A stretch of 64,000 bases of DNA from Candidatus Latescibacterota bacterium (GTDB lineage: Bacteria > Latescibacterota > UBA2968), in NCBI GenBank assembly GCA_965208125.1, contig OZ242320.1, forward strand, positions 384,001-448,000. The letters are read 5' to 3'. Position 1 is the first letter of the stretch. Each line of letters starts with the position of its first letter. Of the stretch, positions 19,878-30,179 are shown piece by piece. The notes beneath the pieces were generated by a model that searched no databases, was not told the DNA's origin, and worked only from the letters and a program-made list of their open reading frames with translations. The position numbers and the translations under genes were made by a program.

Positions 19878-20533
19878 ATCTTCACCTCTTTTGGTTGAAC
19901 AACAGTAGATAAACAGGCAAATAACCCGGCGAAATCGCGGCACATATCGCCCGTATTTGACACCTTCGTTTCGCCTTCGGCTGCCAATCCCGCAAGTGCA
20001 AAAGTCAATCCCGTATGGGCATCACCGCCGGCATCGACCTCTATTCCCTCAAGACGCACAGGCCCCTGCACAACCAGGCCATCGGGCATTTCGCCTACCT
20101 TAGCCCCCATTTGACGCAAATTTTGGATTGTCAATGATAGGCGATCGATCTCTCCCTGACGCAACCCCTCTCCATCCCGAATAACCATTTCACCTGCTGC
20201 CTGTGTGCCCAACACAGCGAGAAATGGCACTTCACGAATAAATAGATCCGTCTGCTCACCCCCGATGCGCGTGCGCCGCAATTCAGACCCCTGGACTTTA
20301 ACCGTACGCGTCACTTTTGCCTTTGATCGCGTCACCTGAATATCCAATTGTGCATTCAACCGCCGCAACAAATCCAATGCGCGGCGGGTCTTCCAATCAT
20401 CGCCCACGCAGTGAAGAGTCAAATCCGACTGCGATAACATCGCCGCAGCACCGAGCAAATACAGCGTAGTCTCGGCATCCCCCGGAACATCGCACTCCCC
20501 AATAAGCCCACGCGCTTCTTTTACCTCATACAT
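19874..20533 (-). CDS. Half-size AroA (EPSP synthase) homolog, single domain, catalytic motifs degenerate
   Basis: 219 aa; N-terminal LIGECDVPGD joins directly to the C-terminal half of AroA; IDE->IRE, KE->GE, DHR->DAH. Confidence 0.75.
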   Translation of the reverse strand: MYEVKEARGLIGECDVPGDAETTLYLLGAAAMLSQSDLTLHCVGDDWKTRRALDLLRRLNAQLDIQVTRSKAKVTRTVKVQGSELRRTRIGGEQTDLFIREVPFLAVLGTQAAGEMVIRDGEGLRQGEIDRLSLTIQNLRQMGAKVGEMPDGLVVQGPVRLEGIEVDAGGDAHTGLTFALAGLAAEGETKVSNTGDMCRDFAGLFACLSTVVQPKEVKI

Positions 20534-20544
20534 TTTTTATCCCT

Positions 20545-21654
20545 CTAACGCAACCGCACTTGGTAACCCGCATCTCGCAAAATATCGATAGACCGCTCGG
20601 CTTCCTCCTGCTGCCCAAATCCCATCCGAATCGTTCCTCCTTCGCCTTCGCGCACCTTTAGCACTTCAATATCCTCAATATTAATTCCTTCGGCAGATAG
20701 CCGCGAGGCAACATCGGCAATCACACCGGGTTTGTCCTCCACCACCAGCAAAATTTCGTGAAGCGGGTGCAAAAATCCCTTGGAATCTCTGGGAATCTCT
20801 CCGCGAATGCGATTCGCATAGTCAAAATCTTCCGATAACGCTTCCCGATCCACCTTATCTCGTATCGCCACAAGCGCGTCGAGATATGCATCGATCATCT
20901 CTCGAATAGGACCGGCATTCGTCTGACAAATATCTCGCCACATCGCAAACGGACTGGAGGCAATACGCGTCAAATCGCGGAACCCACCCGCTGCCATTTG
21001 CAGGGGAAGACCATCGGCCTCATTGAGCCTGCCCACCAATCCCACGAGTGTGGTAGCCATCATCTGCGGCAAATGGCTCACCGTCGCAGCGACCCGATCA
21101 TGGGTCTCGGCCTCCATACGCATAGAACGCGCACCAATGCATTGCACCAGTACTGCAAGCGCATCCACAATTTGATCGGGAACACCGCTTGCGGGCGTAA
21201 GCACATAAAGCGCGTTTTCAAACAAAAAGGGATCGGCTGCGCCCACGCCGCTCTTTTCCGACCCCGCCATGGGATGCCCGCCCACAAAATGCACATCTTC
21301 ACGCGCGACCCGTTCCGCACATGCGACAATCGCGCCCTTGGTGCTACCCACATCTGTGATAATACAACCCGGCGAGGCCGCTTGCACAACTGTGGGCAAC
21401 TGCTCCAGAATACGCACAATGGGCGAACACAAAAATACCAGATCTGACCGCTTTACGCCATTGTCCATTGCGTCGTATTCATAGCCACTGTCGATCACAC
21501 CGAGCGCACGGGCCTCTCGCAGGGTCTCCGCGCGGCTAATACCAATAATCTCGCGCCCAATACCCAGTCGTTTAAACGCCAGCCCCAGTGACCCACCAAT
21601 CAACCCCACACCCACAATGGCAATCGCGGCATCTCTAAACGGAGGATCATTCAT
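20545..21654 (-). CDS. tyrA: Prephenate/arogenate dehydrogenase with ACT domain
   Basis: GVGLIGGSL, DVGSTK, GGHPMAGSE, SHLP, GGFRDLTRIASS, C-terminal DKPGVIA ACT domain. Confidence 0.95.
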   Translation of the reverse strand: MNDPPFRDAAIAIVGVGLIGGSLGLAFKRLGIGREIIGISRAETLREARALGVIDSGYEYDAMDNGVKRSDLVFLCSPIVRILEQLPTVVQAASPGCIITDVGSTKGAIVACAERVAREDVHFVGGHPMAGSEKSGVGAADPFLFENALYVLTPASGVPDQIVDALAVLVQCIGARSMRMEAETHDRVAATVSHLPQMMATTLVGLVGRLNEADGLPLQMAAGGFRDLTRIASSPFAMWRDICQTNAGPIREMIDAYLDALVAIRDKVDREALSEDFDYANRIRGEIPRDSKGFLHPLHEILLVVEDKPGVIADVASRLSAEGINIEDIEVLKVREGEGGTIRMGFGQQEEAERSIDILRDAGYQVRLR

Positions 21655-21668
21655 ACAAATAACCTACC

Positions 21669-21908
21669 CTACATAAACCGGGACACGGATTCGTCACGAT
21701 TTGCTTTTGGGATAGAAACACCGTCCTCCCGGTAACACTCTTTCATCAACTCCCATGCTGCTTTCAATTCAACTAACGCCTCGTCAGGCGTCTGTCCAAA
21801 AGCCGAGACATTGGGAAGTTCCACGAAATGGGCGAGATAATCGCCATCTTCATCCAGAAACATCTTAACTGTGAATCCATCGAAGTCGTCCTGATTATTA
21901 TTTTTCAT
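21669..21908 (-). CDS. hicB: HicB-family antitoxin (short form)
   Basis: DEDGDYLAHFVELPNVSAFGQTPDEA; no DNA-binding tail. Confidence 0.85.
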   Translation of the reverse strand: MKNNNQDDFDGFTVKMFLDEDGDYLAHFVELPNVSAFGQTPDEALVELKAAWELMKECYREDGVSIPKANRDESVSRFM

Positions 21909-22143
21909 TTTTTGTCTCCCAATGATATTGTCTCAAAAATTGTCGAACCTGATAGCCCTTGGACATGGTACGATTGGGTTGGACTACGAGTCGGTACCCG
22001 TCGGGAGAGTACCAAACACGATGGCTTCCTCGCTGGCGGCGTTGCGTCCATCCGCATTGACGCAGGAGTCTTTCAAACTCCCTGAATTGCAAACCATTAG
22101 GATTTCGCTGAGCTTTGTCGAGCAAGGCTTCTCTTTGATCCAT
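21898..22143 (-). CDS. hicA: HicA-family toxin
   Basis: GWTQRRQRGSH motif, KGYQVRQ. Confidence 0.88.
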   Translation of the reverse strand: MDQREALLDKAQRNPNGLQFREFERLLRQCGWTQRRQRGSHRVWYSPDGYRLVVQPNRTMSKGYQVRQFLRQYHWETKNEK

Positions 22144-22201
22144 GCTGTCATTCTATTGAGTCCGCTTTTGGATAAACTTATGCTATAGTTGTTTCTTGCC
22201 T

Positions 22202-23227
22202 CTAAACCAAATCCGCCAGATCTTTCACAAACACTTCCGTGTCTTCCCACCCCAGGCACGGGTCAGTGATGGATTTCCCGAATATCCCTTCTTCGGGTTT
22301 TTGCGCGCCCTCCTCCAGATAACTCTCCACCATCAACCCGCGCACCACATTGTGAAGAAGCGGGGAATGGCGGCGGCTGCGCATCACCTCAAGACCAATG
22401 CGTGGCTGTTCGGAAAAAGTTTTATCTGAATTATTGTGATTGGTATCCACGATAATCGTCGGATTGCCCAACTTGCGCGCCAGGTATTGCTCGGCAACAT
22501 GCATCAAATCTTCGTAGTGATAATTGGGAATACTCCGCCCATTATACGACACCCCGCGCAACACCGCATGCGTCAACGAATTACCCGACGTACTGACTTC
22601 CCATCCATTGTGAAAAAACACATGCGGCATTTGCGCTGCATAAATGGCATTGAACATCACATCCAGATCGCCACCCGTCGGGTTTTTCATGCCCGCAGGC
22701 ACATCGACACCGCTAATGGTCAAGCGATGATTCTGATTTTCAACAGACCGCGCCCCCACGGCAATATAACTCAGCAAATCCTCCACATAGGGCAAATTCG
22801 AAGGATAGAGCATCTCATCGGCAGCCGTCAAATGCGACTCGCGGAAAGCGCGAATCTGCATCTGCCGAATCGTCTTAATCCCAACAACCATATCGGGCAT
22901 ACCTTTGGGATCGGGCTGATGGGCCATGCCCTTATACCCTTCGCCAGTCGTGCGCGGCTTATTGGTATAAATCCGCGGCACGAGCACCAGCTTGTCCATC
23001 ACCTGCTCTTGAAGCTGCGCCAGGCGATTCACATATTCACACACCGCATCGACATTGTGAGCCGAGCAAGGACCAATAACCAACAAAAACTTATCGCTCT
23101 TGCGCTCAAAAATAGCCCGAATCTCGGCATCGCGTTCATCCTTCTTAGCCTTCAAATCATCGGGCAGTGGCAAAACATCCTGGATTTCTTCTGCACTGGG
23201 AATGGGCTGAATCCGTTTGAAACTCAT
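22202..23227 (-). CDS. DAHP synthase, class I-alpha
   Basis: IGPCSAH, KPRTTGEGYKG, GARS, GMKN, DTNHNNS, SITDPC. Confidence 0.95.
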   Translation of the reverse strand: MSFKRIQPIPSAEEIQDVLPLPDDLKAKKDERDAEIRAIFERKSDKFLLVIGPCSAHNVDAVCEYVNRLAQLQEQVMDKLVLVPRIYTNKPRTTGEGYKGMAHQPDPKGMPDMVVGIKTIRQMQIRAFRESHLTAADEMLYPSNLPYVEDLLSYIAVGARSVENQNHRLTISGVDVPAGMKNPTGGDLDVMFNAIYAAQMPHVFFHNGWEVSTSGNSLTHAVLRGVSYNGRSIPNYHYEDLMHVAEQYLARKLGNPTIIVDTNHNNSDKTFSEQPRIGLEVMRSRRHSPLLHNVVRGLMVESYLEEGAQKPEEGIFGKSITDPCLGWEDTEVFVKDLADLV

Positions 23228-23240
23228 AATAGTACCTTTT

Positions 23241-23522
23241 TTAAGACTCTGAATCTAAGTGATCTTCTTCCAACCGCAATGACTCATCGATAATCTGCCT
23301 AAAAATGCGTTGCGCTGCTTCGTGACTCAAAGGACCGCCATTCAATTCGCGAATGCGGTTGAGAATCAGAGTTTCTCGTTCAGGGACATGAAAGGGCAAA
23401 CCCTCGGCACGCTTAATTTTTCCCACAGACAGGGCACACCGGGCACGCTCATTGAGCAACTCGAGAATCTGATCATCTAAGGCATCAATTTTCTCGCGCC
23501 AGAAATCCAGATCCTTCTCCAT
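23241..23522 (-). CDS. Chorismate mutase (AroQ class)
   Basis: REKIDALDDQILELLNERA, PERE, IFRQII. Confidence 0.92.
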   Translation of the reverse strand: MEKDLDFWREKIDALDDQILELLNERARCALSVGKIKRAEGLPFHVPERETLILNRIRELNGGPLSHEAAQRIFRQIIDESLRLEEDHLDSES

Positions 23523-23525
23523 AAC

Positions 23526-24329
23526 CTACACACCCTCTCCTAAAGGGCCGATCAAAGACCCGACAAAAGCACCCACCTTTGCAACCAGATCGGCATCGTG
23601 TTGGTACTCGCCAACGCGACGCACAATCGCGCTACCAACCACAACCGCATCGGCATATCGCGCAATGTCCGACACATGCTCGGGCGTTGAAATACCAAAC
23701 CCAACGGCAATGGGCATATCTGTGTACTGGCATATCGCAGACACCTTGCTTTGAATTTCATCAGCCAGAGAATCGCGCTCTCCCGTCACTCCTGTGCGCG
23801 ACACATAATAGACGAAACCCCTCGTATGCGACGCAATCAGCTTCATCCGATCATCGCGCGTAGTCGGTGTCACGAGAAAAATCGTATCCAGCCCATGCAC
23901 ATCCATCTGCGCCTTGTAATCGCTGCCCTCTTCCGGAGGCAGATCCAGCATCAGAACACCATCCACCCCCACATCTGCAGCGCGTTTTACAAAGCGCTCC
24001 ACACCGTAGCGATGAATCGGATTGTAATACGTAAACAACACAATGGGGATTTCGGTCTCATCCCGCACATCTGCAACCATAGACAACACGCCCTCGAGCG
24101 TTGCACCAGCGGCCAAAGCGCGTTGTGACGCCTCCTGAATCACGGGGCCATCAGCCAGAGGGTCTGAAAAGGGAACACCCAATTCCAGGACATCCACACC
24201 TCGCCGATCCAATTCCAACACCACCTGATGCGTGGTATTTAAATCCGGATCACCCGCCGTAATATATGCGACAAAGCCCGTCCTGCCCGCTTTTCTCAAG
24301 TCTTCAAATCGCCGTCCAATCCGCGTCAT
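23526..24329 (-). CDS. trpA: Tryptophan synthase alpha chain
   Basis: [27 protein letters not shown]. Confidence 0.98.
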   Translation of the reverse strand: MTRIGRRFEDLRKAGRTGFVAYITAGDPDLNTTHQVVLELDRRGVDVLELGVPFSDPLADGPVIQEASQRALAAGATLEGVLSMVADVRDETEIPIVLFTYYNPIHRYGVERFVKRAADVGVDGVLMLDLPPEEGSDYKAQMDVHGLDTIFLVTPTTRDDRMKLIASHTRGFVYYVSRTGVTGERDSLADEIQSKVSAICQYTDMPIAVGFGISTPEHVSDIARYADAVVVGSAIVRRVGEYQHDADLVAKVGAFVGSLIGPLGEGV

Positions 24330-25531
24330 CTCACTCCTTCTATAAACCGCGCCGCCTGTTGCACATCTTTATCTCCGCGTCCCGATAAATTGACAACCAC
24401 AATCTGATCTCGACTCATCTCCGGAGCCAGCTTGCAAACATGGGCAATAGCGTGTGAACTCTCCAAAGCGGGAATAATCCCTTCGGTATGACTGAGCAAC
24501 TCAAAAGCACTGAGCGCTTCCTCATCCGTCGCATACGTATAAGCCGTACGAGACATATCCCGCAAATAGCAATGCTCTGGCCCCACGCCCGAATAATCGA
24601 GACCAGCCGACACCGAATGTGTCAATGCGATTTGCCCATCATCATCTTGCAACACATAAATGCGCGCACCGTGCAAAACCCCCAAATCGCCGCCATTAAA
24701 CCGCGCGGCATGCTCGCCAGACTCAATACCGTGCCCGCCAGCCTCCACGCCGATCATCTGCACATCGGCATCATCCAAAAAAGCGTGAAACAACCCGATA
24801 GAATTGCTTCCCCCGCCCACACATGCGACGAGCACATCGGGCAATCGGCCTTCTCTCTCCAAAATTTGAGCACGGGCTTCAACGCCAATAACCCGCTGAA
24901 AATCGCGCACAATCATCGGATACGGATGCGGTCCCAAAACCGAACCAAAAATGTAAAACGTATCCTCCACATTGGTCACCCAGTCGCGAATAGCCTCATT
25001 AATCGCATCCTTAAGGGTTTTACTACCCGAATGGACACCCGTAACTTTCGCTCCCAAAAGCCGCATGCGAAACACATTGAGCGCTTGCCGTTCCATATCT
25101 TCAACACCCATGTAAATTTCGCATTTGAGACCGAACATCGCAGCCACAGTTGCCGTTGCCACGCCGTGTTGCCCGGCACCAGTCTCGGCAATAATCCGCG
25201 TTTTGCCCATTCGGTTGGCGAGCAAAATCTGCCCCATGGCGTGATTGATTTTATGCGCTCCCGTATGGGCGAGGTCTTCGCGCTTGAAATAAATTTTAGG
25301 CCCGCCGAGTTCTTCTGTCAACCGCTCCGCAAAATAAAGCGGCGTGGGCCGCCCGACATAATCGCGCAAATATTGATCCAGTTCAGCCCAAAAATCGGGA
25401 TCCCGCTTTGCCTCCTGATAAGCCGCCTCCAGGTCTTGCAACAGCGCCATAAGCGTCTCGGGCACATACTGCCCACCATAAGGCCCAAAATGCCCGCGCG
25501 CATCGGGCAAATCACTCGCGTTTACAGCCAT
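24326..25531 (-). CDS. trpB: Tryptophan synthase beta chain
   Basis: [28 protein letters not shown]; start reset to MAVNAS. Confidence 0.98.
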   Translation of the reverse strand: MAVNASDLPDARGHFGPYGGQYVPETLMALLQDLEAAYQEAKRDPDFWAELDQYLRDYVGRPTPLYFAERLTEELGGPKIYFKREDLAHTGAHKINHAMGQILLANRMGKTRIIAETGAGQHGVATATVAAMFGLKCEIYMGVEDMERQALNVFRMRLLGAKVTGVHSGSKTLKDAINEAIRDWVTNVEDTFYIFGSVLGPHPYPMIVRDFQRVIGVEARAQILEREGRLPDVLVACVGGGSNSIGLFHAFLDDADVQMIGVEAGGHGIESGEHAARFNGGDLGVLHGARIYVLQDDDGQIALTHSVSAGLDYSGVGPEHCYLRDMSRTAYTYATDEEALSAFELLSHTEGIIPALESSHAIAHVCKLAPEMSRDQIVVVNLSGRGDKDVQQAARFIEGVR

Positions 25532-25544
25532 ATTGTATATCCCC

Positions 25545-26522
25545 TTAAATATCACCAACCACGCGGTCATAAAATGCCAGATACTGATCGCAGTCATCAC
25601 CATCGAGCAATGCCATTGCCTCGCGGGGATGCTGGTTGTGCTGGCCCGTGATGTTATAGGGCACCAGAGGTCCCCACGTCATTTCGCTGCGCAACTTGAC
25701 AAAATGATCTTCCAGCAACTTATAGACGGGACGGATCTTAAACTTGGGATTCCGCAAAAAACCGAGCAATAATTCCATGGGACAATTGCCCGCACCGCGC
25801 CCCAATCCATCCACTGTAGCGTCAATCCGATTGGCCCCTAAAATAATGGCCTCAATAGTATTGGCAAATGCCAGTTGCTGATTATTGTGCGCGTGAATAC
25901 CCACCTCTTTGCCCGAGCCTTTGGTCGCTTCCATGTATTTTCGCACGAGCATATCGACCTGCTCGCGATACAGCGCACCGAAACTATCTACAACGCAAAT
26001 CGTGCCCACAGGGGTTTCCATCAGCACCTCTAACGCCTGATCAATCTCGACATCTTGCACCGTCGAAATCGCCATAATATTACAACTCGTTTCATACCCC
26101 TTCTCGTGGGCATCGAGCAACATTTCGACAGTCTCGGGAATCTGCTCGACATAACACGCCACGCGCACCATATCGACCACGCTCTCGCTGGCTGGCAGAA
26201 TATCTTCGGCCCAATCGCTTTTGCCCGCATCGGCCATAATTGCGAGTTTCATCCCTGTCGCTTCGGGATCGTGATCCCCAGTAATTTTGCGAATATCCTC
26301 TTCATCGCTGTGGCGAAACGCACCAAAATCTCTTTTGGGGAACATCTCCTTGGAGTTTCGGTACCCAATTTCCATATAGTCAACACCCGCCGCGACACAG
26401 GTTTCATACACGGCCTTCACAAAATCATCATCAAAATGATGATCATTCATCAAACCGCCATCGCGGATCGTACAATCGAGGACCTTGAGTTCCGGGCGGT
26501 AAGTAATCCAGGGGGCTTTCAT
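25545..26522 (-). CDS. DRE-TIM metallolyase (HMGL-like / 4-hydroxy-2-oxovalerate aldolase-like)
   Basis: [27 protein letters not shown]. Confidence 0.85.
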   Translation of the reverse strand: MKAPWITYRPELKVLDCTIRDGGLMNDHHFDDDFVKAVYETCVAAGVDYMEIGYRNSKEMFPKRDFGAFRHSDEEDIRKITGDHDPEATGMKLAIMADAGKSDWAEDILPASESVVDMVRVACYVEQIPETVEMLLDAHEKGYETSCNIMAISTVQDVEIDQALEVLMETPVGTICVVDSFGALYREQVDMLVRKYMEATKGSGKEVGIHAHNNQQLAFANTIEAIILGANRIDATVDGLGRGAGNCPMELLLGFLRNPKFKIRPVYKLLEDHFVKLRSEMTWGPLVPYNITGQHNQHPREAMALLDGDDCDQYLAFYDRVVGDI

Positions 26523-26569
26523 AAAGAAAATCCTTTCTTAATTTGAGAAATCGACAAAATGATCATACC

Positions 26570-27481
26570 TCATTGACTGTGAACAATGTAAATATGACTG
26601 GAATAGTTCATATTCCGATTGGCCTTGAGATTTGAAATAAAACCTGTGACAAAAGCTTTGATGAGCGCTATGGAACCGTGCTTCCCCTTGTTTTTGTATT
26701 TCTCGCTGAGGAGAGACACGTAAAAAGCGTCCAGTTTCATAGGTATCTTTTCCCGAATCACAAATCTCTGGTTGGACAACAGCCTTTGTAAAGTCGAGTG
26801 AGAAAAATGCCAGAAGTGTCTGGGAACATCATAACCTGCCCAGTATTTGCCATAATATTGTGCATCAAAAGATTCGAAATTGGGCACAGCGATAAAAATC
26901 AGCCCATCATCAGCGAGTAATAACTTCAGATCAGCGAGCAACTTATTGGGATCCGGTACATGTTCCAGCACATGCCACAGTGTGATCACATCCAACTTTT
27001 TGTGCTCTATATCCTCTAACTTTTCTCTAACCAAGCGTCTTCCTGGCCCCAATAACTGGTTGGCTCTATCTCTCGCCAGGGCAGATGGTTCCATCCCCAG
27101 AACCTCCCATCCGCGCTTATCCATATAGGCGAGAAATTCTCCGGATCCACAACCATAATCGAGTAATCTTCCCTCTTTTTTTTTTCTTGCGATAAGCCGA
27201 TATTTCCATCGGAGAGTACGTGTTCTCACTCCTAAATAGATGAAATCCAGGATGCTTTGAGTTTTTCCTGTATGGGATATGTAATCGGGTGATTCATAAA
27301 AGTTGTGAATGCATTTCGCATCTGGCCGTGGATTGGTAAAATGAAAATTACAAAGAACACACTTTTGTATGTCAAAATGCTCATGGCTATAAGTATAGTC
27401 TTCACAGGTCAGAACATTCTCAAATTCCTTTCCCTTGCATACAGGGCAGATTTTTAACAGTTCCTGCTGCAATCCTTTCAT
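26570..27481 (-). CDS. Class I SAM methyltransferase with N-terminal Zn ribbon
   Basis: CPVC..CVLC, LLDYGCGSG, WHVLEH, YDVPRH; visibly more AT-rich than its neighbours. Confidence 0.88.
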   Translation of the reverse strand: MKGLQQELLKICPVCKGKEFENVLTCEDYTYSHEHFDIQKCVLCNFHFTNPRPDAKCIHNFYESPDYISHTGKTQSILDFIYLGVRTRTLRWKYRLIARKKKEGRLLDYGCGSGEFLAYMDKRGWEVLGMEPSALARDRANQLLGPGRRLVREKLEDIEHKKLDVITLWHVLEHVPDPNKLLADLKLLLADDGLIFIAVPNFESFDAQYYGKYWAGYDVPRHFWHFSHSTLQRLLSNQRFVIREKIPMKLDAFYVSLLSEKYKNKGKHGSIALIKAFVTGFISNLKANRNMNYSSHIYIVHSQ

Positions 27482-28743
27482 CACGCCGACCACCTGACCA
27501 GAAAGTAGCGGCGTTTACCGCGGCGCATCACCAGGTATTTACCAGCCAGTCTTTCAGAAGGCTCTAAAATATAGCCCATATCTGTACACCGTTGCCCATT
27601 GATATAAATGGCACCGGTCCTGATATCTTCGCGGGCTTGTCGCCTGGACGATGAAATCCGCGCATCCACGAGCAAATCTATCAAACCCACTTCATCAGCA
27701 CCATTGAGCGCGTAAGATGGCACATCGCTAAACCCTTCCGCAATCTCCTGTTCATTCAAATCCCGCAAATTGCCGTAAAACAGCGCCTCGGAAATATGCA
27801 CGGCGCGGGCCTTTGCGGCTGCACCGTGGATAAAAGTTGTCACCTCTTCGGCCAACACGCGCTGCGCCTCGCGCTTCTCGGGCCTCGCCTGCACTTCTCG
27901 TTCCAATTCCTCTATGCGTTCACGGCTCAAAAAAGTGAATAACTTCAAAAATTTCACCACATCGCGATCTGCTGCATTCACCCAAAACTGATAAAACTGA
28001 TAGGGCGATGTCCTTTCGGGATCGAGCCATAATGTTCCCGTCTCAGTCTTGCCAAACTTTGTCCCATCCGATTTTTCCAGCAACGGGAAAGTCAACCCAT
28101 ACACAGTCTTATTGAGCATGCGCCGACACAACTCTATGCCCGCCGTAATATTGCCCCACTGATCGCTACCCCCGATCTGAAGCTCACAGCCATACTCCCG
28201 GTTCAACTCCATAAAGTCATACGCCTGCAAAACCATATAACTAAATTCAGTAAAAGAAATCCCGGTTGAAAGACGCGACGACACCGACTCTTTGCCCAGC
28301 ATATATCCCATTGAAAAGTGTTTGCCCACATCGCGCAAAAATTCAATCGTACGCAACTCTGAAAGCCAGGTATAATTGCTCACCATCAGTGCCGAATTGT
28401 GCACAGCCTCAAAATCCAGATACTTTTCCAATTGCGCGCGCTGGCGCTCGGTATATGCCTGCACCACCTCCAGTGAATTCAACTGTCGCTCTTCTGCTTT
28501 CCCACTCGGATCGCCAATCAATCCCGTGCCACCACCCACGAGTGCAATGGGCTTGTGCCCCGCATCTTGAAAACGACGCAATCCCATAATAGGAACCAGA
28601 CTGCCCGCATGCAGACTATCGGCAGTGGGATCAAATCCACAATACAATGTCATCTGTCCCTCTGCCAAACGCCTGCGGAGCCTATCCTCATCTGTCATCT
28701 GAAAAATATAGCCACGAAATGCCAAATCGTCTAATACATCCAC
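27481..28743 (-). CDS. tyrS: Tyrosine--tRNA ligase
   Basis: YCGFDPTADSLHAG, GGSDQWGNI, KFGKT, S4 tail. Confidence 0.98.
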   Translation of the reverse strand: MDVLDDLAFRGYIFQMTDEDRLRRRLAEGQMTLYCGFDPTADSLHAGSLVPIMGLRRFQDAGHKPIALVGGGTGLIGDPSGKAEERQLNSLEVVQAYTERQRAQLEKYLDFEAVHNSALMVSNYTWLSELRTIEFLRDVGKHFSMGYMLGKESVSSRLSTGISFTEFSYMVLQAYDFMELNREYGCELQIGGSDQWGNITAGIELCRRMLNKTVYGLTFPLLEKSDGTKFGKTETGTLWLDPERTSPYQFYQFWVNAADRDVVKFLKLFTFLSRERIEELEREVQARPEKREAQRVLAEEVTTFIHGAAAKARAVHISEALFYGNLRDLNEQEIAEGFSDVPSYALNGADEVGLIDLLVDARISSSRRQAREDIRTGAIYINGQRCTDMGYILEPSERLAGKYLVMRRGKRRYFLVRWSA

Positions 28744-28764
28744 GTTTTTATCTCCATATTCATA

Positions 28765-29373
28765 TCACGCCTTTACGCGCGCCAAAAAATCCTTCACTTT
28801 TTTGTGATCCTTCTTCCCCGGCTCGGCTTCTACGCCACTACTCGTATCCACCGCATACGGACCAACTCGCTCAATCGCCTCCCGAATATTATCCGGATTT
28901 AGCCCACCGGCAAGAATAATGCGCCCATACTCTTTTGCCTCCACCGCCTTTGTCCAGTCAAATATCTCCCCTGTACCGCCGTAAGAACCCGCTTTCTCTG
29001 TATCCAATAAGAAAGTATTGACCAGATATGATAGCAGAGTCTGCACATTGAAATCGCGTCCCACGCGAAGCGCGCGAATCACCGGAACCGCATGCCCCAG
29101 ACACGCTTCGGGCGGCTCATCCCCGTGCAATTGAATCGCCCGCAGCCCCGCCAACTTCACGGCTATATCAATCTCTCGCTCCGATGCATTTACAAACACC
29201 CCTACAGGAGTCACAAATGGCGGCAAATCAAAAATAATTTCTCCGGCTTTCTCGGGTGCGATATAGCGAAGACTCTTCTCGTAAAAATTAAATCCCAGAG
29301 CATCCGCGCCATTATCAACCGCGCACAGCGCATCATCCCGATTTGTAACACCGCAAATTTTAGCTCGCACCAT
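28765..29373 (-). CDS. trpF: Phosphoribosylanthranilate isomerase
   Basis: KICG, QLHGDE, LAGGL, DTSSGVE. Confidence 0.97.
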   Translation of the reverse strand: MVRAKICGVTNRDDALCAVDNGADALGFNFYEKSLRYIAPEKAGEIIFDLPPFVTPVGVFVNASEREIDIAVKLAGLRAIQLHGDEPPEACLGHAVPVIRALRVGRDFNVQTLLSYLVNTFLLDTEKAGSYGGTGEIFDWTKAVEAKEYGRIILAGGLNPDNIREAIERVGPYAVDTSSGVEAEPGKKDHKKVKDFLARVKA

Positions 29374-30154
29374 ACCCCATCAACTCCTTCAACTTGGCGG
29401 CAATATCCGATTCTCGCATCAAACTCTCGCCCACCAGCACGGCATCTGCGCCCGCATCTCGAAGCGCGACAACATCCTCGCGCGTATAAATACCGCTTTC
29501 ACTCACCTTCAAAACCTCATCGGGTATGTGATCGATCAATCCATAAGTCGTATCCAGAGACGTATCAAAAGTTTTCAAATTCCGATTGTTAATCCCAACA
29601 ATCTCTGCCCCAACATCGAGCGCTACCATCAGTTCTTCTCTCTCGTGCACCTCCACCACCGCATCCAGCCCCAATGCCCGACTCGTCGCTATAAATAAGG
29701 ACAATTCTTCAGGCGTTAAAATCGACACAATCAACAACACAGCCGATGCCCCAATCGCACGCGCCTCGTAAATCTGATAGGGATCAATCGTGAAATCCTT
29801 TCGCAAAATGGGCCGATCTACAACTGTTGAAATCTGAGTCAAATAATCTGCCGACCCCTGAAAAAATTTCTCATCCGTCAATACCGAAAGCGCCGAAGCC
29901 CCATTTTTCACATAAACCTTCGCAATATCCACCGCGTCAAAATCCCCTCGGATCACGCCCTTAGATGGCGAAGCCTTTTTGACCTCGGCGATCACAGCAA
30001 TATCGTCCCCATCTATCAGCCCATCAAAAAACGAAGGCGGTTCTGGCACATCTTCTGCCAATCGCGCCATCTCTTCAAACGGCGTCTGCGCCATACACCT
30101 GGCGAGAAATTCGCGTTTATACGCCACAATTTTATCGAGAATATTGCCGGCCAT
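29360..30154 (-). CDS. trpC: Indole-3-glycerol-phosphate synthase
   Basis: IAEVKKASPSKG, SVLTD, LRKDF, GINNRNL, SESGI. Confidence 0.98.
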   Translation of the reverse strand: MAGNILDKIVAYKREFLARCMAQTPFEEMARLAEDVPEPPSFFDGLIDGDDIAVIAEVKKASPSKGVIRGDFDAVDIAKVYVKNGASALSVLTDEKFFQGSADYLTQISTVVDRPILRKDFTIDPYQIYEARAIGASAVLLIVSILTPEELSLFIATSRALGLDAVVEVHEREELMVALDVGAEIVGINNRNLKTFDTSLDTTYGLIDHIPDEVLKVSESGIYTREDVVALRDAGADAVLVGESLMRESDIAAKLKELMGYGAS

Positions 30155-30179
30155 AAAGTCCCACCATCCTCAGACAGTG

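Noticed and set aside
19874-20545. aroA split by a frameshift
   Set aside because: Only 11 bp separate it from tyrA, so no missing half exists in another frame.
22436-23293. 285-aa plus-strand ORF
   Set aside because: Antisense shadow of DAHP synthase.
24488-25651. 387-aa plus-strand ORF
   Set aside because: Antisense shadow of trpB.
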